The position numbers and the translations under genes were made by a program. Below the pieces are notes generated by a model, which did not search any database, was not told the origin of the DNA, and saw only the letters and a program-made list of their open reading frames with translations. A DNA stretch of 64,000 bases from Octopus vulgaris (taxonomy: Eukaryota): positions 109,492,001 through 109,556,000 of the forward strand of contig OX597822.1 of NCBI GenBank assembly GCA_951406725.2. The letters are read 5' to 3'. Of the stretch, positions 13,703-26,745 are shown piece by piece (positions within the stretch are counted from its first letter, which is position 1; each line of letters begins with the position of its first letter).

Positions 13703-15593
13703 GAGAGGCCTAATAACAACAAATATAGAAAAATATCTTTCTCTGTGAAATTCATCGATACATATTTTGTTACATTAAGAAATAATTAGTTTTGCACTAT
13801 AACTAATTTACACCCCACAAGAAGGACCCATTAATGTTGAGCTAATTATTTTATAGGAGCCACTTAATGTTTAGTGGAAGAATACTGAGAAGCCCCATTC
13901 TATGTGTATGTTATTAAAATCACCAAAGAAAAATAAATTAGTACAGTGTGTTGTAATTAGCATTTATGTATCGTTCTTAATGTGAAGCAGAAAATGTTAC
14001 CTTAAAATTATAAACTAATTGAACACTTTTGAATACTGTAAAGAATGAGCGTTACAATTTCGATTATACAGCATGCGTATCGCAACCAATAGTTTCATTT
14101 AATACGGAGTTATACGAGACATTTTTATTTTTTTATGGGGATAAACGGTTTTCGCTGTTTTTTTGGCAACTCGCAGCAACAGAAAACAAAAATGTCTCTT
14201 CAGATTTTATTGCTCAAACGAAATGCAAGTATACTTAGAATTATAAATATATAAAGTAACTCCAATGTTTTTTATCTCGAATGCTAAATAAAGGAGCCGT
14301 TGCAATGTTCGGTGAAATTCAGTATAAGTGACATCAACTATGGTTGAGCAAGGATCTTTCAAATACTTTAAAAACTCTATCTAAATAACAATATAAATAA
14401 TAGATTTGACCAAAGGTATAAAAGTTGTGTATATAATCCTCTTCCTGGGTTTGGTTTATAAATATTTCCATCCTGAAAACGGTGTATAATGAAAGATTCG
14501 TTTACTATGCTGTTTGAGGTGAGTCGTACAATGTCCGTATTCGTACTGAATGGATATCACTGATTCCTTTGATCCTATACATTACGGATATTGTTGATTC
14601 AGAAGTGAAGAAAGTAAATGTTTAGTGCAATAACTAATTTACATCATGGTTAGTCACAGCGTCGCTTTTATCATAGATTAATATATTGGGAAACCGATTT
14701 TTGATACTTAAGCGATATATTAATTTCCATTATATCCTCGTAGGAGCACCAACATGTACAGGGACACGAATCATGTGATAAAGAAGATTTTAAATTCACT
14801 TATAAAAGGTACCATTCATGGATCTGTGATTAATGATAAAAAAAGACCATTAATATTGCAATTCTCAAATTATCTCACAATTCCACACATATAAACACAC
14901 CAAAGTGATATATTCTGCAACTGTGGGACAAGCCTGTTTTAGTTCAGGCTTCCGCCTCTAGAAATATTGTAATCCTGATATTATCTCATAACTCCATATT
15001 CGGTTTCAGTTCCGTAAGAATTTACATATGAAGGGAAAAACTATACTAATCATCCGAATTATTAAAGTTAAACTCTTTCTAGTTACCAAACTTTATCCAT
15101 CTTAATTATTCCGATTATAGATCTATTTCTTTGAGACGTATCATCAATGTATACTAGGACCTATAGCATGTTTAGAAACCGCAGTCAAATGACTGAAACA
15201 AGTAAAAGAGTAAACGAGTAATGGTATGTTTTAAAATATTGTTTTTCGTTTCCCATAGATGAATGGTCCGTGCCTGTCTTTTGCAGAAGTTTTTTGTCTG
15301 AGAACTTAAACGCACTTAGACTATTCCCCAAGAACAATTCCAAGTTGTCTAGGAATATGGATAAATGTGAACTATAGAGAGATGATCTACGAAGCAAATA
15401 GGGTATTAATAGGGTGAATTTGGCAAAGGAAGACAGTTGGAGGTCTAGGTTCAATGAAGTTACTAGATAATGCGGGGTGCTAAAAAGCCACATTTCCAAT
15501 CTAGACTTTGCAATTATGCGGCAAATCGCATCATGCCTGTCAGGAATGATGCATTTTAGAGTACAATGAAATAAATATTTATAGATATAGATA

Positions 15594-15842
15594 TAGGCGC
15601 AGGAGTGGCTGTGAGGTAAATAGCTTGCTTACCAACCACATGGTTCCGGGTTCACTCCCACTGCGTGGAACCTTGGGCAAGTGTGCTGGTGTGCTTACGT
15701 CCTCGTAAATTAGCAGATCGGCAAAAAGAGTCCAATAGAATAAGTACTAGGTTTACAAAGAATAAGTCCTGTGGTCGATTTGCCCTACTAAAGGCGGTGC
15801 TCCAGCATGGCTGCATTCAAATGACTGAAACAAGTAAAAGAG
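15594..15842 (+). mobile_element. SINE family A with central deletion
   Basis: Head aggcgcaggagtggctgtg...gggcaagtgt is joined directly to the 3' domain gctggtgtg...aaacaagtaaaagag. Confidence 0.85.
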
Positions 15843-18800
15843 AGAAAAACAAAAAGAGAGATAGCAAACGCCGCCTCAGATCTGAGAATATCTTAGATTT
15901 GTATATTTTACGTTATATTTACAAAGGATTAGTAGTTGCACGCGAACTTTAATATTTTCCTCTTTGGAACATTATTTGCTGTCATGTGGAACGATATTCT
16001 GTATTAATGGAGCTTAGACACCTCGGTATCAGTTTCAGTATTTGTAGTTTATGTCTTGAAGAGGGTCATATTGTTTTATTGATATCTACTGTGTCAGTTA
16101 ATTAGCAATATTAAAGGAGACAAAACTGTTTTCAAACCATCGGGAGATAGTTTGTTTTCTTTTGTTCTTGGATTTAATAGTGACTCTGTGTAGTGTGCCT
16201 TGATTAAATGTTCTGCATTCCTGATGAATACATTTTATTAATAAGCATATAAAAAAAATTAGAATTTCTGAAAGCAACTGAAGACTGGAACTAAAGTGTA
16301 TTTTCCTAGCAGATAATATAATCGCTAGAGAGATTTAATGAACACTAAAACCATTCCGTAATTCATGAAGCGCAAAGCATTGAAAGCGACGGCTTATTTG
16401 AAACAGGTCTGTAATCTTACGATAAGTTATAAATTGATGTTTACCTTATAATACGATGATGAAAAAACAAATTTCTTTCAAGGATGTTTTAAATTTCTTT
16501 TTGCGTGTGTTTCTTTCTAATAGATTGTGTATTTCACATTATTTAAATTTCCTTGGAAAATAAAATAGGTATTATGTTCACATAGATCATATTATCTGAC
16601 AATATAGATCTATTTATGAAATTTCTTTCAAATAAACAAATAAGTTTTGCATTCAATAATAATTCATGAACTTGTCTGTCTTTCTCTTCAATACAACGAC
16701 ACACCATATTCTCGACGACTATACATCAAAGAAACATCGAGATAATCTGAATGCAATGTTATTCTTTATTCTTCGTGAAGTAATTGATGTTTTCACCCAC
16801 CCACACACTCACGTATACACCCTCGTATGCACAGACTTACATACGCTTATAAGCACACACGCATATACATACATACATATGCACATATGTATGTGCATAA
16901 CTGAAGTATATGTACACAATCATAAGTGTATGTGTGCGTTTAATGAATTACGGCAGCGAAGACTTGAAATGCGTTTATATATGTGGGTGTCTGTATATCT
17001 ATCTAAATGGGGATGAAGAAATGTACGTGCAAGTGCCTATGTGTACCTGTGACTGTTACTGTTGCAGTGGATCGTTAACGATAGACAGTTTATGTTGTTC
17101 TTCATTTGATGTAAATTAATTCGAAATTGAATTCCTTATCAGTTTCAGACAATTGAGGTATTTGTAAAAAAAAAAACGAAAAAAAAACCGTTGTTTATTG
17201 CATTTATATTTCTAACTCACTTAATTCATGATACTTCAGTTATACAGAGATTTGAGAGTTTAAGCAATATTGAAATATGATATAATACCTATAAACACCA
17301 ACAATATGAACACGATGTCTGTTGATATTAAACTTCAAATTACGATTGTTTTAATAAACTGTCGCTTGCATGTAAATAAGCCTCTCACCGTTTCCCCAAT
17401 CGACATTGATTACACTTAATTGTTTTTCTAGACATAAATAAATGTATATATATATTGGAGTTGGCGAAGTAGTAGAACTTATCCGACAACAATTTCTGAC
17501 ACATTCCAGAGGTAAGGCGCCGAATCCTAATGCTATAGATATGGCATTCTAGTTGCAACCCCCTCTGGTCACTCTGGCATTAAACAGATTCACATAACCG
17601 TACAAATTGCGCCTACCATCCTGTGGGGTGGAATGACGTCATACTCTGGGTAAACACACCCACCGGTCGCCATTTTCACATCTTTGTGATATCACACTAC
17701 CATGAATATTTAGATCTAACTTTGCTTATTTTATCAATCTCTATGTAGATAATGGTCGTGTTTTCTCTTTTTTTTTGTAATCAATATTTATATTCTAGTC
17801 TACACACACAACACGGCACATTATTTTACAAGCTTTAGTCACTGACAAAATTGCTAATACATTTTCATACAGAAAACCATACAGATACGCGCGTGTGTTA
17901 GCAAAATAAAAAATGTTTCAATACATTTGACTGGGTAACTATTTAACACGTAAATTCATACATTCAGTGTTAAGCGTTCTGTTATACAGACACTTTTGAC
18001 CATACCTGTATATTTTCCTGGCTTATTAAGATGATCAAAATGTTCTCGAAATATATTTGGCAATACGTTGTTACAGTTTAAATCAGTTGCTTAGGTGACG
18101 TCCATTGTAAAGGAAACTTGTTTACCAAAGAGTTATTACAGCACAGTGTACATTTGTTTACCTTAATACACAATAAGATGCAGCGTATGATTTAGTTATA
18201 TAAATGGACCAAATTATCTCACAGCAAAGCTTGCAAGTGACATGTGCATTGATCCTTCTCTCAGACATAGCAAATTTGAAAGAAATGGCCAAATGTTTAC
18301 AAACCTTCTAAGATACTGCCAACTCTCCCTGACAGTCACTGAATTCCCTATTGTTCACTTATGCAGAATAACGATTTCAATAAAGAAGTGATTAAGACGT
18401 AATAAATCTTGGACATAGCTTTCATTTGCACTCAGCACACTTTAACATTACAACACAATTCCTCAGCATTTTTAACTGGATACATCATATCCAATTGCGT
18501 AGTACACCGAAGAAGCTTATTAGAACGTATGGATACAAATTAGCCAAAATTAATTATTATTTTTTTAAAATAGTGATTAAGAAATATAAGAGAGATAATG
18601 ATCCGCAATCCTTTCTTCAACTGAAACTAAAATGTTTCCTTTTAAAGAAACAAATGGTTTGGTTTTGGATGAAAGTGACCGGTGCCTACTACACGACAGT
18701 AGCCAGTTCTCTCTGCTTAATGCAACACAGTATTATGGCCAGCGACGTGTATGAGCGCAGTATTTAACATCTATTAGCAGAGAACCTGCAGTCCTCTGAA

Positions 18801-20059
18801 AAGCTGAAGTGTTGCAAATACCAATGGCAGAAATTCGAAATGTCTTTGAGCACTACAGTGTAGAGTTCGTGTCAAAGTAAAATGGACGGTTTTCCTTGGT
18901 ATCCGATATATGTGATATCTTTCTGTACGGTCTGAGCGGATATCACATGCGACACTATTAGGTTCGTGTAATAGATGGCTGGTTTAGCTGCACTTGTAAT
19001 GATTATTCCTTGTTAAAATAGTTATTATATGAACGACAGAAACAATCTTAACGGATCAATGAATATAGAAGAAAATCGAAAAAGTATAACAACCCAAAGC
19101 GTTTGAAACGAAATACATGAAACTATTAGGCATAATATTGATAGCATTAATGTTCTATGATCCATTAATATAGATCGGCAATCACACAAGCACAAATCTC
19201 GCTTCATCCATCTATTTTCATGAATAATAAGATATTCCAGCCATACGACGTAGTTACATGCAGTTTTGTAACTGGAAAGTTTTGTTATAGAAGGACATTG
19301 ATCTCATTCACAACTTTGACCTAATACATAATCGTATTGTTCTCCCTAATCAACATTTGTCTTTGTAGAATATTGGTCCTGTTGAATTTACAAGTTGCGG
19401 CAGCTGAATACGTATTTCACTGTTGAATGCATTATCCATATTAATATTCGACGTAACCTTTTCAAGTAATATTTATGGCTATGCAGACATATCGAAAGGC
19501 AGCAATGTTTGAGTTTCAGGATTCCATTATCTTTATCCACTTTGATAACCAACTGGAAGAAACAGGTAGTCAATAAACCTATCATTTGGAGAATTTAGTG
19601 TATACGAGAGAACGAGAGAACAGATGCCGCAAAACCCATTAAAAATTATTCGGAAAATAATCCCTTCATGTCATATGTTATACTCACCTCCCTATCTCTA
19701 TGCGGAAAGGCTTCGGTGATTTTACTACGCATGTTTGTATATGTATAGATATATATGTATTGGGTTGCGTAAATATTTGTGAGTTTGTGTGTATACATTT
19801 ATATACGTATATGTGTATATGTATGGATGTTTATGTATGCCTGTATGTATGTAGACAAGAAAAATGACCCCATTTACTAGAATAGTGATAAGGGTAAACC
19901 GGGTGACAATATAGGAATAGTTAATAAGAGAAGAGACTTGAACAATAACACCAGCATAACAGACAATGTAGTGGGGAATTGTAATACAGTAAGGTTTACG
20001 CTATCGAGGGAAGAAAACTTCAACACAAGTATCAACCCCTACACGGAGCTGACTGACCC

Positions 20060-21235
20060 AAAACTTACACCACTATTATTGAGTAACTCAACAACTCAAA
20101 TGTGGACGTAATATACCTTGACTTTGCAAAAGCTTTTGATAAAGTGGATCATGGTATGATGTGCCACAAACTGCGTGATCTTGGCATAGCTGGAAAACTT
20201 GGAGAGTAGATACATGACTTTCTTAAAGATAGAAGTCAGTAGTGGCCAGGGGAGCCATCTCAAAGAAAGCACAAATAGTAAACAGTCTTCTACGGGGCAC
20301 TAACTTGAGACCACTGATTTTCCTAGTGGCCCTCTCAGATATGCCCTAAGCTACACGGATAGCCACCCTTGTCAGTTATGCAGATGATACGAAAGTTTTG
20401 CAGAAAATACAGAACCCCAGCAATGTTGCACACCTGCAGCAGGAGTTGAATTCAACTTAGAGATGGGCTAAGGACAATAATATGCAGTTTAACGCTGAAT
20501 AATTCCAAGCTCTGCACTACCAGCGTCCAGAACTGAAAATAAAACCGGGTCCACTGGTCCACAGGGGATTACAATATCCGAGCCTAAATCAGCGAGGGAC
20601 CTGGGTATTGACTGGAATGATGATACATCTTTCCAAGTGCACAATATCAGGATGGCGACAAAGTGCAGATAACTGGCTGGATGGATACTGAGATTTTCGA
20701 GAGCAGAGAGGACACCATGGTGTTCCTATGGAGGACATTCGTCCTCAGCCGCCTGAAGAACTGCTCACAGCTATGGTTATCCAATAGTGTAAAATTAACA
20801 GAGGGCCTTGAAGGAATTAAGCGAAGCTTCACAAAGAAGATCGTCTACTAGGAAATGCTGAGACAGCTACGACTCTACTCCCTGGAGAGACGGCGGGACA
20901 GGTATGCGGCAATATACATCTGGAAGATCCTGGAAATATTGTGCCAAATTTTCGTATCGAAAGCTACAACCATGCCAGAACGGGTCGACATTGCACAGTG
21001 CCAAAGATCCCATGAATGCCAGCGCGCTTCATGACCAGTTACTGCAACAACCTTGGTTTCAGGAGCTCACAGCATTTTAATATTCTCTCAAACACCTACA
21101 CAAGGTGGATGTAGTTATTTTCAAATCAAAACTGGACCTCTTCGTTCCGAGACTGCCAGACGAAAGTAGCTCGTGTCGAGAGGTGTATATTGAGGGTAGC
21201 GACATCAAATTCTCTTATTCACCAAATGCCACATA
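20060..21235 (+). mobile_element. Decayed CR1/L2-group LINE, RT and C-terminus
   Basis: VDVIYLDFAKAFDKVDHG, SYADDTK (~20374-20395), RDLGI and LYSLERRRDRY motifs, with stops and frameshifts. Confidence 0.9.
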
Positions 21236-21689
21236 TTACAGGCGGCTCTGAATAATAACAATATTACAAAAAGTCAGTGTCCCAGCATGACCGCAGTTCT
21301 GAGCTGAAATTATAAATAATATATGTGTGTGTGTGTGTTTGTGTGTATATGTGTCTGTGTGTGTGTGTCTGTGTGTGTGTGTGAGTGTATGTGCGAGTGT
21401 GTGTGTGTATGTATTTGTATGTAAGTATGACACAACATTTGAACAGACAAGATTCGAACTCAGAAAGTAAAGAGCTTGTATAAATATAAGTCCCACACAC
21501 TCACAAAATTGGTTTTCGACCACCACCATTTTATGCCGTATAAATAATAAATGATACAAACTGCTTGACCTCCTCTTAAACCAGACAGAACAGGGGAAAT
21601 GTGCAAACATTTGAGGACAGCTGATTTGATCGAGTTGACTTAGTATAAACATATATACATGTATTCATTTACATATATCTAAATACATA

Positions 21690-21740
<51 letters not shown>

Positions 21741-21894
21741 CATAAGGGACTAAAGCCATCTGAATATGGCTAGGGACAGGGCAGGGTGGTGGGGGTGTTA
21801 CTGTTGCATTTAGCCCCAGGCGAACATCGACGTCACCAGAAGGCTCGACACCGTCACGGTGCCCTTAACCTGCAAAGGGAGGTAATTCCCCGAT

Positions 21895-21968
21895 GAAGCG
21901 GAAACCACACACGGACCATGGTTTCAAGGTGTATTGCCTATCATCGGCGTGTGGTAGGCCTCCGCTTC
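21895..21968 (-). ncRNA. Type I hammerhead ribozyme (identical copy, minus strand)
   Basis: Exact reverse complement of 22613-22686; predicted cut between 21914 and 21913. Confidence 0.85.
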
Positions 21969-22254
21969 CTCGACGAATTCTCACTCTGCAGGATTTTCTT
22001 ATATAGATTTTCAAGCAAAATACATTTGCTGATTTCGAAAATCTGTTCGAAAGCAATAATAATTCTCTAAAAGGGATATAGACAGTAACTGCTCGATAAC
22101 ATAAGGGACTAAAGCCATCTGAATATGGCTAGGGACAGGGCAGGGTGGTGGGGGTGTTACTGTTGCATTTAGCCCCAGGCGAACATCGACGTCACCAGAA
22201 AGGCTCGACACCGTCACGGTGCCCTTAACCTGCAAAGGGAGGTAATTCCCCGAT

Positions 22255-22328
22255 GAAGCGGAAACCACACACGGACCATGGTTTCAAGGTGTATTGCCTA
22301 TCATCGGCGTGTGGTAGGCCTCCGCTTC
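22255..22328 (-). ncRNA. Type I hammerhead ribozyme (identical copy, minus strand)
   Basis: Exact reverse complement of 22613-22686; predicted cut between 22274 and 22273, 360 nt from the other minus-strand site. Confidence 0.85.
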
Positions 22329-22612
22329 CTCGACGAATTCTCACTCTGCAGGATAAGGGCACCGTGACGGTGTCGAGCCTTTCTGGTGACGTCGATGTTC
22401 GCCTGGGGCTAAATGCAACAGTAACACCCCCACCACCCTGCCCTGTCCCTAGCCATATTCAGATGGCTTTAGTCCCTTATGTTATCGAGCAGTTACTGTC
22501 TATATCCCTTTTAGAGAATTATTATTGCTTTCGAACAGATTTTCGAAATCAGCAAATGTATTTTGCTTGAAAATCTATATAAGAAAATCCTGCAGAGTGA
22601 GAATTCGTCGAG

Positions 22613-22686
22613 GAAGCGGAGGCCTACCACACGCCGATGATAGGCAATACACCTTGAAACCATGGTCCGTGTGTGGTTTCCGCTTC
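22613..22686 (+). ncRNA. Type I hammerhead ribozyme, U4C core variant
   Basis: Stem I CACACG 22628-33 / CGTGTG 22668-73. Core CCGATGA 22634-40. Stem II AGG/CCT with loop CAATACA. GAAA 22656-59. Palindromic stem III CCATGG. GTC 22665-67, predicted cut after 22667. A UAC internal loop is followed by distal stem GAAGCGGAGGCC / GGTTTCCGCTTC. Confidence 0.85.
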
Positions 22687-22888
22687 ATCGGGGAATTACC
22701 TCCCTTTGCAGGTTAAGGGCACCGTGACGGTGTCGAGCCTTTCTGGTGACGTCGATGTTCGCCTGGGGCTAAATGCAACAGTAACACCCCCACCACCCTG
22801 CCCTGTCCCTAGCCATATTCAGATGGCTTTAGTCCCTTATGTTAGCGAGCAGTTACTGTCTATATCCCTTTTAGAGAATTATTATTGC

Positions 22889-22919
<31 letters not shown>

Positions 22920-23006
22920 GTGTGTGTGTGTGTGAGTGTGTGTGTATATATACTTATATGTATGAATATATATATATGTGGGTGCCTGTGTGTGTGTATG
23001 TGTATA

Positions 23007-23379
23007 TCTCTCTCTATATAAACGGCAGTTTGTCTGTGCGTGTTTCTGTGTGTCTGTTTGCTTGTACCCTCACCCTGACCACGGCTTTCAACCGATTCTG
23101 ATGAAACTTGACACACACATAGCCCAATGTCATAATTCAAAACTAACGCAGCGAAAATTTTGAAAAGTTCCCCCAGTTCTGAAAAAAATCGATAAATTTC
23201 ACATGGGGTCCAGAATCAGAAACACAAACTGTCTAGGGGACGCAACTCCACCTTTTTAACTAAAAAAAATTTACCATCATTTTTTCCCATTTGTTTGCTA
23301 TTTTTTGGCTATAACTCTCTAAAAATGCTTTATAGTTATTTCCCTTACAAACCTGAGCAACGCCGGGCGATACTGCTAG
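23007..23379 (+). mobile_element. Non-autonomous Helitron
   Basis: 5' A|TC, 3' GC-rich hairpin cctgagcaacgccggg then CTAG|T; 3' end shared with the 32597 and 37625 copies. Confidence 0.8.
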
Positions 23380-24307
23380 TTTATATATATATCGATATTA
23401 ATGATACAACAATTGTTTCTTTTCAGGAACAAAAAAAGTTTAATAAGACTGCTATAGAAGTCCTATTAAACATAATACACCCCTGAAATGGCCATAGGGA
23501 TAAGTAAACAGGATTTCCTTCTTAAATATAAGGCTTACTTTACCTGAATAAGATTTCTAAACGATGAACCTTATTTTACTATATTTACATGATTTATATA
23601 TTATATATTTTTTTATATGCTCCTATATGTATATATATTTACATATGTTTTATATATTTTTATATGCTTATAATTTTATATATTACTTTATATACTACTT
23701 TTATATATTACTTACATTATATTTTACTTTCTACGTCCTTTTATAAATGTATTTTCATTGAATCGCTAAAATATTAATTCTAAATTTTTAATGATAAGAA
23801 TTTTTCTCGCACCATACCATATTATTATTATTATTACGTGCTGTACATATGAATTTTGTTCCATCTTGCGGGTTATATATTTATTCTATAATTAAATGTT
23901 CGAATTATGAAATGATATGCGGATGACCTTGCATTTGTTTGTTCAATGATTTTAGTTTGATATTTATATATATATATATATATTTACTGTAGATTCAGCT
24001 CAGAGCTGCGGCCATGCTGATGCACCACCGTGAAATATATGTATATATACATATAAGTATATATATGTGTATATATATATACGTGTAGATATAGAAATAT
24101 AGCTATATGGGCGTGTATATATATACATTCATATATATATATATATATATATATACATTCATATATACATATATATATATATATATATACATTCATATAT
24201 ATATATATATACATACATACACACATACACATATATGCATGTATGTATATATATTTATGTATGTATACACACACAGACGCAGACACACAAACATACACAT
24301 GTTTATA

Positions 24308-25545
24308 TACAGAGTTGGACACGCCAAGCACCAAATCATCATAATTTTTAAATATCTATAAAAGTGTCAAAAGCTTTTATATTTTTATGTTTTTTTTTAT
24401 TTATTATAAGTGCTGCTCAATATGTTTTGCAAAAATTGCTGTTTCTTTTCAGGTATTATCAGGAAAAGTTAATGTAAATTCATTAAAATGAGAGATCTAT
24501 CGGGGTTTCATATAGGTCAAATGCTTCGCGCTCGTATGACAGGCGCTAGCGTTATGAAAACAGCCGAAATGTCTGATGTATGTAGAAATATTTTCTCGAA
24601 AGTAATGACAGCCTTTGAGAAAGATGGGAAAATGTTATCGTAGAAACAATACTCCGGAAGAGAACCAAAGCTTTCAGATAGGGACCGTCGGACTCTTATG
24701 CGAATTCTTAGAAAGCATCACAAAAGTACAGCTCCCATAATTACTGCAGAGTTTATGACCACCTCGAGGACCTAGTTTCCACAAAAGCTGTTCGTCGGGA
24801 GCTGCACAAATCCGGATTTCACGGGAGGGCTGCAATCAGAAAAACACTACTTCCAAAATCAAACTTTGCAAAGCGTTTACAGCGGAGTAATAACTTACAG
24901 AATTGGTCCCTTGAGGAATGGAAGAATGTTTGACCTTATTTTCGACCACCGGACGGGTATGCGTATGGAGAACGTAAAGAAGAATTTCCCAGATTGCAAT
25001 CTTCCAACTATTAAACAGTGTGAGAGATCTGTGATGATCTGGGGAGTTATATTTTGGACATCCGCCGGCCTAATGGTTTCCGTTCATGGCGGAATTAATA
25101 GTCAGGTATATTTAAGCATTTTATTTGACCAAATTCATCCTATATTTGCGGAACTGTTTCTGGAGGGAAACGCAATCTTTTAGGATGATAATGCACCAAT
25201 TCACACAGCTAAAGCTGTTACTGAATGCCACGAGGAACATTCTAGTGAAGCTGAACATCAGTCCCCATATCTCAATATTATTGAACATTTATGGTGCATT
25301 TCAGAAAACCAAGTAATCAGTCGATATCCTCCACCATCGTCGCTACAAGAGCTGGAGACTGTTAAATCTGCAGAATGGACAAAAATACCTTTGGAAACAA
25401 TTCAAACGTTGTACGAGTCAATACCTCCTAGAATTCAAGCTCGTAATTACTGCGAAAGGAGGTCCTACCCCTTATTAAATTAAATAAATTTTGTTTCAAA
25501 TTTTAAGATGTTTTCATTGTTTTGTCCCCCCCCCCCCCTTGCATG
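24308..25545 (+). mobile_element. Tc1-family transposon, decayed transposase (ATG 24488 to ~25478)
   Basis: SGREPKLSDRDRR, VMIWG, DDNAPIH and SPYLNIIEHLW motifs with stops and frameshifts; degenerate TIRs. Confidence 0.88.
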
Positions 25546-26680
25546 TATTCATTTACATATATGTATGTGTATGTGTTTCTCTGTGTGTGTGTATGTATAT
25601 GTATTTATATACGGCTCTTTTGACGTGCAGGGCGCCCTGTATTTATCTTGTAACACTGTTATTTGTGTCTTCTATTTTTTATCTGCATCCGCCTCTCTCA
25701 ATAAAATCGGAACAATCGACGTTGTTTTAAAATAATAATTTCCTGCCTTGCTCCAGCTCCAAACTTGCACAAATTGATAGATACGAACAAAGCCATTCGA
25801 TTAAATGTTTACTGTTTCACTATGGCGACCACCTTTATCGATGACTTACAATAATATTTCAATGTGGCAAATTGTTACTCTTTCCGAGTCCTCTCTTTGA
25901 ATTGGTAAATATGAATTTTTGTTCCACAAAAACACCTTGATTTATAATGGTAATTACGTAATTATATTTGATAAATTTGTTTCTAGTTTTCCCCTTTCTA
26001 GAAAGAAAACGTGTTATTCTCATATAGGAACGAAAATACACTATATAAATACGGTGCTTTCATAATTTTGTTCATCCTCATAATTCGGCTCATCGTCATA
26101 AATTTAATGTTGTTGCTTTAATATTATAGCACAAAATATTGCATTTTAGTTTCTAGATTCCGAATGAAAACCTTAACGAAATGGAAGCCAGTCTTTTGTA
26201 TTTTTAGCTTGCAATCATCATTTTCTTAAAATCCAAACAACTTTTGATTACATAGTGTTTACGCGTCACATGACAATTATCAAATTATAGTTACTTGAGA
26301 TGACATTGAATTAGCATTTGCACACAGTTTTGGCAATTAATCGCTTGTTACTGATTATACTTATTTTTTCCTTTATGATATTATTGTAATATGATTCGTT
26401 ATTCTAAAACAAGGTTGTGTTTTGTTGGTAAACACGTAAACTGGTTTTCGTCTTTGCTCATGTTTTTCTATATTGAATTGGCAGCAAACTAAATCTTTTA
26501 TAATATTTATTTGTATTCTTGCCTCTTATATTTGTATACTGTTGGAACATCTTTATTTGCTATTATAAAACTGGCAAACGGCCAGCGATTGACAATGTGT
26601 TGGAAATGCACAATGATTTTCACCCCTGAATAGGCCTTCTCCCATGCAACCGTACATGCATAATAAAAGAGGGAGATGAT

Positions 26681-26745
26681 GAAGAAGAAGAAGAAGAAGA
26701 AGAAGAAGAAGAAGAAGAAGAAGAAGAAGAAGAAGAAGAAGAAGG
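26681..26745. repeat. (GAA)n trinucleotide microsatellite
   Basis: About 21 perfect GAA units. Confidence 0.97.

Larger units (their letters stand above)
21737..22889. mobile_element. Candidate non-LTR retrozyme array: 360-bp tandem units with type I hammerhead ribozymes, in inverted (palindromic) arrangement, inserted in (TA)n
   Basis: Exact 360-bp periodicity (lines 21841 vs 22201; 22381 vs 22741). Arms 21738-22227 and 22354-22844 are reverse complements with one 1-nt indel. Three hammerhead folds are present, with (TA)n on both flanks and no credible protein ORF. Confidence 0.85.

Noticed and set aside
21737-22889. Array as CRISPR, MITE or LTR element
   Set aside because: No repeat-spacer alternation; the inverted arms are tandem units with unequal ends; no TG..CA termini or PBS.
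21865-23101. Duplicated ORFs (63-142 aa) in the 360-bp array
   Set aside because: No recognisable motif. They recur only because the DNA is repeated, and RNA structure explains the unit better.
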